Of a stretch of DNA of 32,000 nucleotides, positions 29,140-32,000 are shown piece after piece. A program made the position numbers and the translations under genes. This DNA is from Flavobacteriaceae bacterium. Lineage in GTDB: Bacteria; Bacteroidota; Bacteroidia; Flavobacteriales; Flavobacteriaceae. How positions within the stretch are numbered: the stretch's first letter is position 1; the number at the start of each line of letters is the position of its first letter. Location of the stretch: the NCBI GenBank assembly GCA_965224465.1, contig OZ245049.1:2940001-2972000 (forward strand). Direction: 5' to 3'. The notes below the pieces were generated by a model. It searched no databases, was not told the origin of the DNA, and saw nothing but the letters and a program-made list of their open reading frames with translations.

Positions 29140-29850
29140 CAGAGTTATCCACAGCCAAAAAAAGACATTGTTAATTAAAAACGTCAAGTCAATGATTAAT
29201 AGTAGGTTATAACACATGGTGAAATGTTAATAAATTAACAACTACTAATGATAAATAAACTTTGAAAATTCAATCTTTTTTACAATACAGCGAACACCCC
29301 ATACAAACCTAATTTATTTATAAAATGCAATCCTAAAGTTATCCACAGGTTTTATTAAGGTTATGAACAATCAAAAACGCTATTGTTATAAAAACAAGTG
29401 CTTGCTAACTTTGTTGACACACTGTTGATAAGTACAAATAATTATTGATTTACAAAGTATTACCACGTTGATAAGTCACCACAAATTGTTAATGCTTCTA
29501 ATAATTCGAAAATCAAAATAATAAAGCAACAATTTATGCTAGCTATCAACACACAATATAGCATCATTAATAATTTTTTAATTTTTTAAAAAGTCTTCTA
29601 TTATATATATATATGTTTATAACATAAAAATAAAAAGGAGTTTCTATAAATTAGAAAACTGAAAATGTAAAAATCCTGCTTAAACAAAAACCAATACCAA
29701 TTTAACAATCCACCTTAATAAAAATTAATTGGACAACTTCCAATGAACATACAAACCAAAATACCTTTGTAAAAATAATGAATACTTAAAATACTTTAAA
29801 AAATAGATATTCACAGGATGTAAATAAGCAGCAGTTATACACAATTAAGA
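29140..29850. other. candidate chromosomal replication origin (DnaA-box cluster plus AT-rich unwinding tract)
   Basis: Perfect TTATCCACA at 29145-29153 and 29339-29347. One-mismatch boxes at 29423-29431 (tgttgataa, reverse orientation) and 29835-29843 (ttatacaca), plus several two-mismatch boxes. AT tract at 29565-29640 with a tandem aatttttta motif. The strand-composition switch lies just to the right. Confidence 0.55.
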
Positions 29851-29920
29851 ACCTGTTTAAAAATCATTTTAAGCCTTTTTAAAGGCAAAACTCTTTAGCA
29901 ATACTAGTTATATTAATTAT

Positions 29921-30020
29921 AAGTTGGGCGTTCCCTACGGTCGGGCTATACGTTGCTACGCTTCACTTTTTTAGAAGGAAAAAAAGTTGCAGGGTATTCA
30001 CTGCTATCCCTAACGCGGTG
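29921..30020. repeat. isolated GC-rich island, probably a copy of a short dispersed Bacteroidota element
   Basis: gttgggcgttccctacggtcgggctatacgttgctacgc ... gcagggtattcactgctatccctaacgcggtg. The termini gcgtt / aacgc are inverted, and there are two related half-sites (gggctatacgttgcta and gggtattcactgcta). Only one copy is present, so the family assignment is unverified. Confidence 0.3.
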
Positions 30021-30304
30021 ATCTTAGTTAAAAACTATATAATCAATTAACTATCAACTAATTATATTTTATAGGTGTTTTTTTTACATGCAATTCAATC
30101 TAAGTACAGGCTACCTTTCTCCAATACTTGTGCTTGTTTAGAGGTTAAATACGGGGTATCTTTTTATAAGAAGTCGTTTTTAATGAGTTTATACAATACA
30201 AAGCTACATAGATGTTAAAATTTTATAAAAAAACAAAATGCTAGTATGCTTTAGGGGTATCTTTTATACATTTGAATAGTATTGTGAGCTACATAGTTTG
30301 TAAT

Positions 30305-30403
30305 AAGACTGTTTATACCAAAATTCTTTTCCAAGTTTCGCTTTAGAAATAGAATTATATTTTGTTTTAACAAGGCTAAAAATGGAAGGATAGCCTTAGT
30401 TAA
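30305..30403 (-). repeat. inverted-orientation copy of the dispersed hairpin-plus-box module
   Basis: The reverse complement reads ctaaggctatccttccatttttagccttgttaaaacaaaatataattctatttctaaagcgaaacttggaaaagaattttggtata. This aligns with 10637-10722 and with each 412-bp unit. Confidence 0.7.
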
Positions 30404-30727
30404 CGTCCTGGGTGTTCATATTTTGTAAACTGGGTAATAGAAAAATCAAATAATAAAGGAACCAAAAGCGCAAGGTCTTTAGATTGGTTAATTTGAGGCA
30501 AAAAGATATCTGAGCCAGTATACGGTGCAATTGCTGTTAAAACTAGAAAAGGAGGAGGTTATGTTGGATTTGTTTTTGCTAAAAAGGGAAATAATGGGAT
30601 TATAATTTTGGGAGGAAACCAAACGGATGAACTAAAAAAATCTTCATATAAAAATAAATCAATATTCACTTATTTTGTACCTCTTAATTACAATATTGAT
30701 AACACCAATCAAAAAAAAGATAAATAA
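30404..30727 (+). pseudogene. 5'-truncated TIGR02594 / NlpC-P60-like peptidoglycan hydrolase fragment with a nonsense codon
   Basis: The frame-2 translation is RPGCSYFVNWVIEKSNNKGTKSARSLDWLI*GKKISEPVYGAIAVKTRKGGGYVGFVFAKKGNNGIIILGGNQTDEL.... The catalytic-Cys motif is retained. The TGA at 30494-30496 sits where the family has a conserved Trp (W-G). No start codon; the fragment begins at the repeat boundary. Confidence 0.7.
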
Positions 30728-31421
30728 GATACTAAAAACAGGTGAAATTCAAAACAAAAAAATTGAACTTTCCAAAATTGACTATGAAGATTTACCTGCT
30801 AAAATTAAACCTAGTAAAAATTTTATAAGTGCTTTAAAATGGAAAGATTTAAATGGTGAGAATTATCTTATTATTTATAGAGTTGGTCCAACTGTTGAAA
30901 CTGATATTATTGACACGGACGATGAAAAGTATGCTGAGCTTCATGTTAAACAATACGTTTTTCAAAATAAAAATTATACTAAGATATGGGAAGTAATTGA
31001 TTTTGTTCGGAATTGTGCTTATGATTTATGGATTGGACCCGCTTCAAAGGATGCTTTTTATGTCACAGATTTAAATAATAATGGAATAACAGAAACTAGT
31101 TTTATTTATTATTTATCATGTAGAAGCGACGCATCTCCTTCTATAATGAAATTAATAATGAGAGAAGGAAATCAAAAATTTGCTTTGCGAGGAACTTCTA
31201 TTTTAAATAGATATTTAATCGATATAGACTTAGAAAATTTCAATCCCAAATTAAATAAAAATTTGGTAGGGAATAATAATGGTTCGACTTCATTTTTATT
31301 AAAAACTATGGGTAAATATGAAAATGATGAAGATTTTTGTAAGAATCCTAAATTGTTAGAGTTTGCTAAAGAAAAATGGATTGAAAATATGATAGAAAAA
31401 GAGATGAAACAATTTAAATAA
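30675..31421 (+). CDS. hypothetical protein; by position a candidate immunity protein for the neighbouring amidase cassettes
   Basis: Intact 248-aa ORF (TTG start in the track; the true start is uncertain) between the two amidase fragments. It contains a DLNNNGITE...C.SDASPSIMKLIMREGNQKFALRG segment. No family recognised with confidence. Confidence 0.6.
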   Translation: MYLLITILITPIKKKINKILKTGEIQNKKIELSKIDYEDLPAKIKPSKNFISALKWKDLNGENYLIIYRVGPTVETDIIDTDDEKYAELHVKQYVFQNKNYTKIWEVIDFVRNCAYDLWIGPASKDAFYVTDLNNNGITETSFIYYLSCRSDASPSIMKLIMREGNQKFALRGTSILNRYLIDIDLENFNPKLNKNLVGNNNGSTSFLLKTMGKYENDEDFCKNPKLLEFAKEKWIENMIEKEMKQFK

Positions 31422-32000
31422 AAAAGGTCTGTTTTTGGGATAAAATCCATTCAGGAGATTTAGTAGCAGCATCCAAACGCAGACAATCGTATGTTGATAC
31501 CAACCGAAAATATACACCTATTTTCAGATTTACAGATATCAAAACCGATGAAGAAATAGCATTAGGAAAAAAGATTGATGCCGCAGAAGTAAAACGAATT
31601 AAAAGGAAGTTCCCCAAAGATTCTAATGTATATCATTTTTATCCGATTTTATTTTTAGAACAGATGAAGATGATATGTGGTAATGGTCGTGCTCCTTGGA
31701 TGTAAACAGCTATTGAGGAGTCTAAAAAAGTAAAAGGTTGTGTAGAAAGTTTAGAGCCTATGTATTCAATGGTAAAAAAATATTTAAGATTTGTAGGAAA
31801 TAAATCTGAGCCAACGGATGGAATTTATGGTCCGTGGTGTGCTTCTTTTATGAATTGGTGTCTAAATGAAAGTGGATATAAATATACGAAAAGCGCAAGT
31901 TCTTTAGTACCTGTTTATCAGAATTACAAAGCTCTGTTTAAAAAAATATTGAACCTATTTATGGTTGTATTGTTGTTTATAAGCATAAAACTAAATGGAA
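31418..32000 (+). pseudogene. disrupted TIGR02594 / NlpC-P60-like hydrolase gene (no start, one nonsense codon, one frameshift); runs off the window
   Basis: Frame 2 reads ...VYHFYPILFLEQMKMICGNGRAPWM*TAIEESKKVKGC...GIYGPWCASFMNWCLNESGYKYTKSASSL.... The TAA at 31703-31705 replaces the family's usual Lys. After an A7 run near 31935-31945 the homologous frame shifts (KNIEPIYGCIVVYKHKTKW). Confidence 0.7.

Noticed and set aside
29095-29217. The 41-codon N-terminal extension of the rpiB ORF in the track (183 aa).
   Set aside because: The extension is hydrophobic low-complexity sequence. The canonical RpiB N-terminus MTIAIGNDHAG starts at 29094, and the extension would run into the first DnaA box.
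30494-30496. The in-frame TGA in the first amidase fragment as evidence of TGA recoding (genetic code 4 or 25).
   Set aside because: TGA is used as a genuine stop elsewhere in the window (the 1105-aa gene, overlapping the ybeY start). The fragment also lacks a start codon and its 5' half, so a simple TGG-to-TGA nonsense mutation in a pseudogene explains it.
446-31617. Antisense or overlapping ORFs in the track: 446..628, 3286..3603, 3321..3515, 5772..5987, 7422..7625, 9100..9351, 11199..11450, 19168..19482, 20554..20865, 20558..20752, 22191..22376, 23005..23244, 23175..23366, 28693..29007, 31172..31450 and 31414..31617.
   Set aside because: Each lies inside or opposite a longer ORF with clear family motifs. 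Each has low-complexity or repetitive composition and lacks any recognisable domain. These are typical shadow ORFs of AT-rich genomes.
1-32000. rRNA genes, tRNA genes, IS elements, transposases, integrases and prophage genes.
   Set aside because: I scanned the larger spacers for cloverleaf-like GC-rich ~75-nt segments and the ORF list for DDE, tyrosine or serine recombinase motifs, and found none. The repeats here have no associated recombinase in the window.

Overview
The window is low-GC with Flavobacteriia-type gene content (Bacteroidota), and it looks origin-proximal. Ordinary housekeeping genes fill both ends: alpha-carbonic anhydrase, an AraC-type regulator, purD, aspartate kinase, mnmG, ybeY, recA, a CDF transporter and rpiB. 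The middle, roughly 10.0-18.8 kb, is almost gene-free and dominated by two large non-coding tandem arrays. One has a ~412-bp unit in about 4.4 copies (11.9-13.75 kb). The other is a satellite-like array with a ~254-bp unit in about 14 copies (14.6-18.54 kb), with nested 2- and 4-unit duplications, small stem-loops showing compensatory substitutions, and a recurring 31-32 codon minus-strand ORF. To the right of the arrays, a 16-bp perfect palindrome, TGTTCCACGTGGAACA, occurs four times around mnmG/ybeY; it differs from the classical parS consensus at one base. Near-copies of it lie inside two CDSs. Further right, at 29.1-29.9 kb, there is a DnaA-box cluster with an AT-rich tract, and intergenic A/T and C/G skew switches sign at the same place, so this is a candidate oriC. 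The far right end holds two decayed TIGR02594/NlpC-P60-like amidase gene fragments around an intact ORF of unknown function, which resembles orphan effector/immunity cassettes. A ~90-nt module (hairpin plus a Bacteroidetes-type promoter-like box) recurs in several intergenic regions and is inverted on the far side of the putative origin. I found no rRNA, tRNA, CRISPR array or transposase. All homology calls come from recognising motifs by eye, not from searches.
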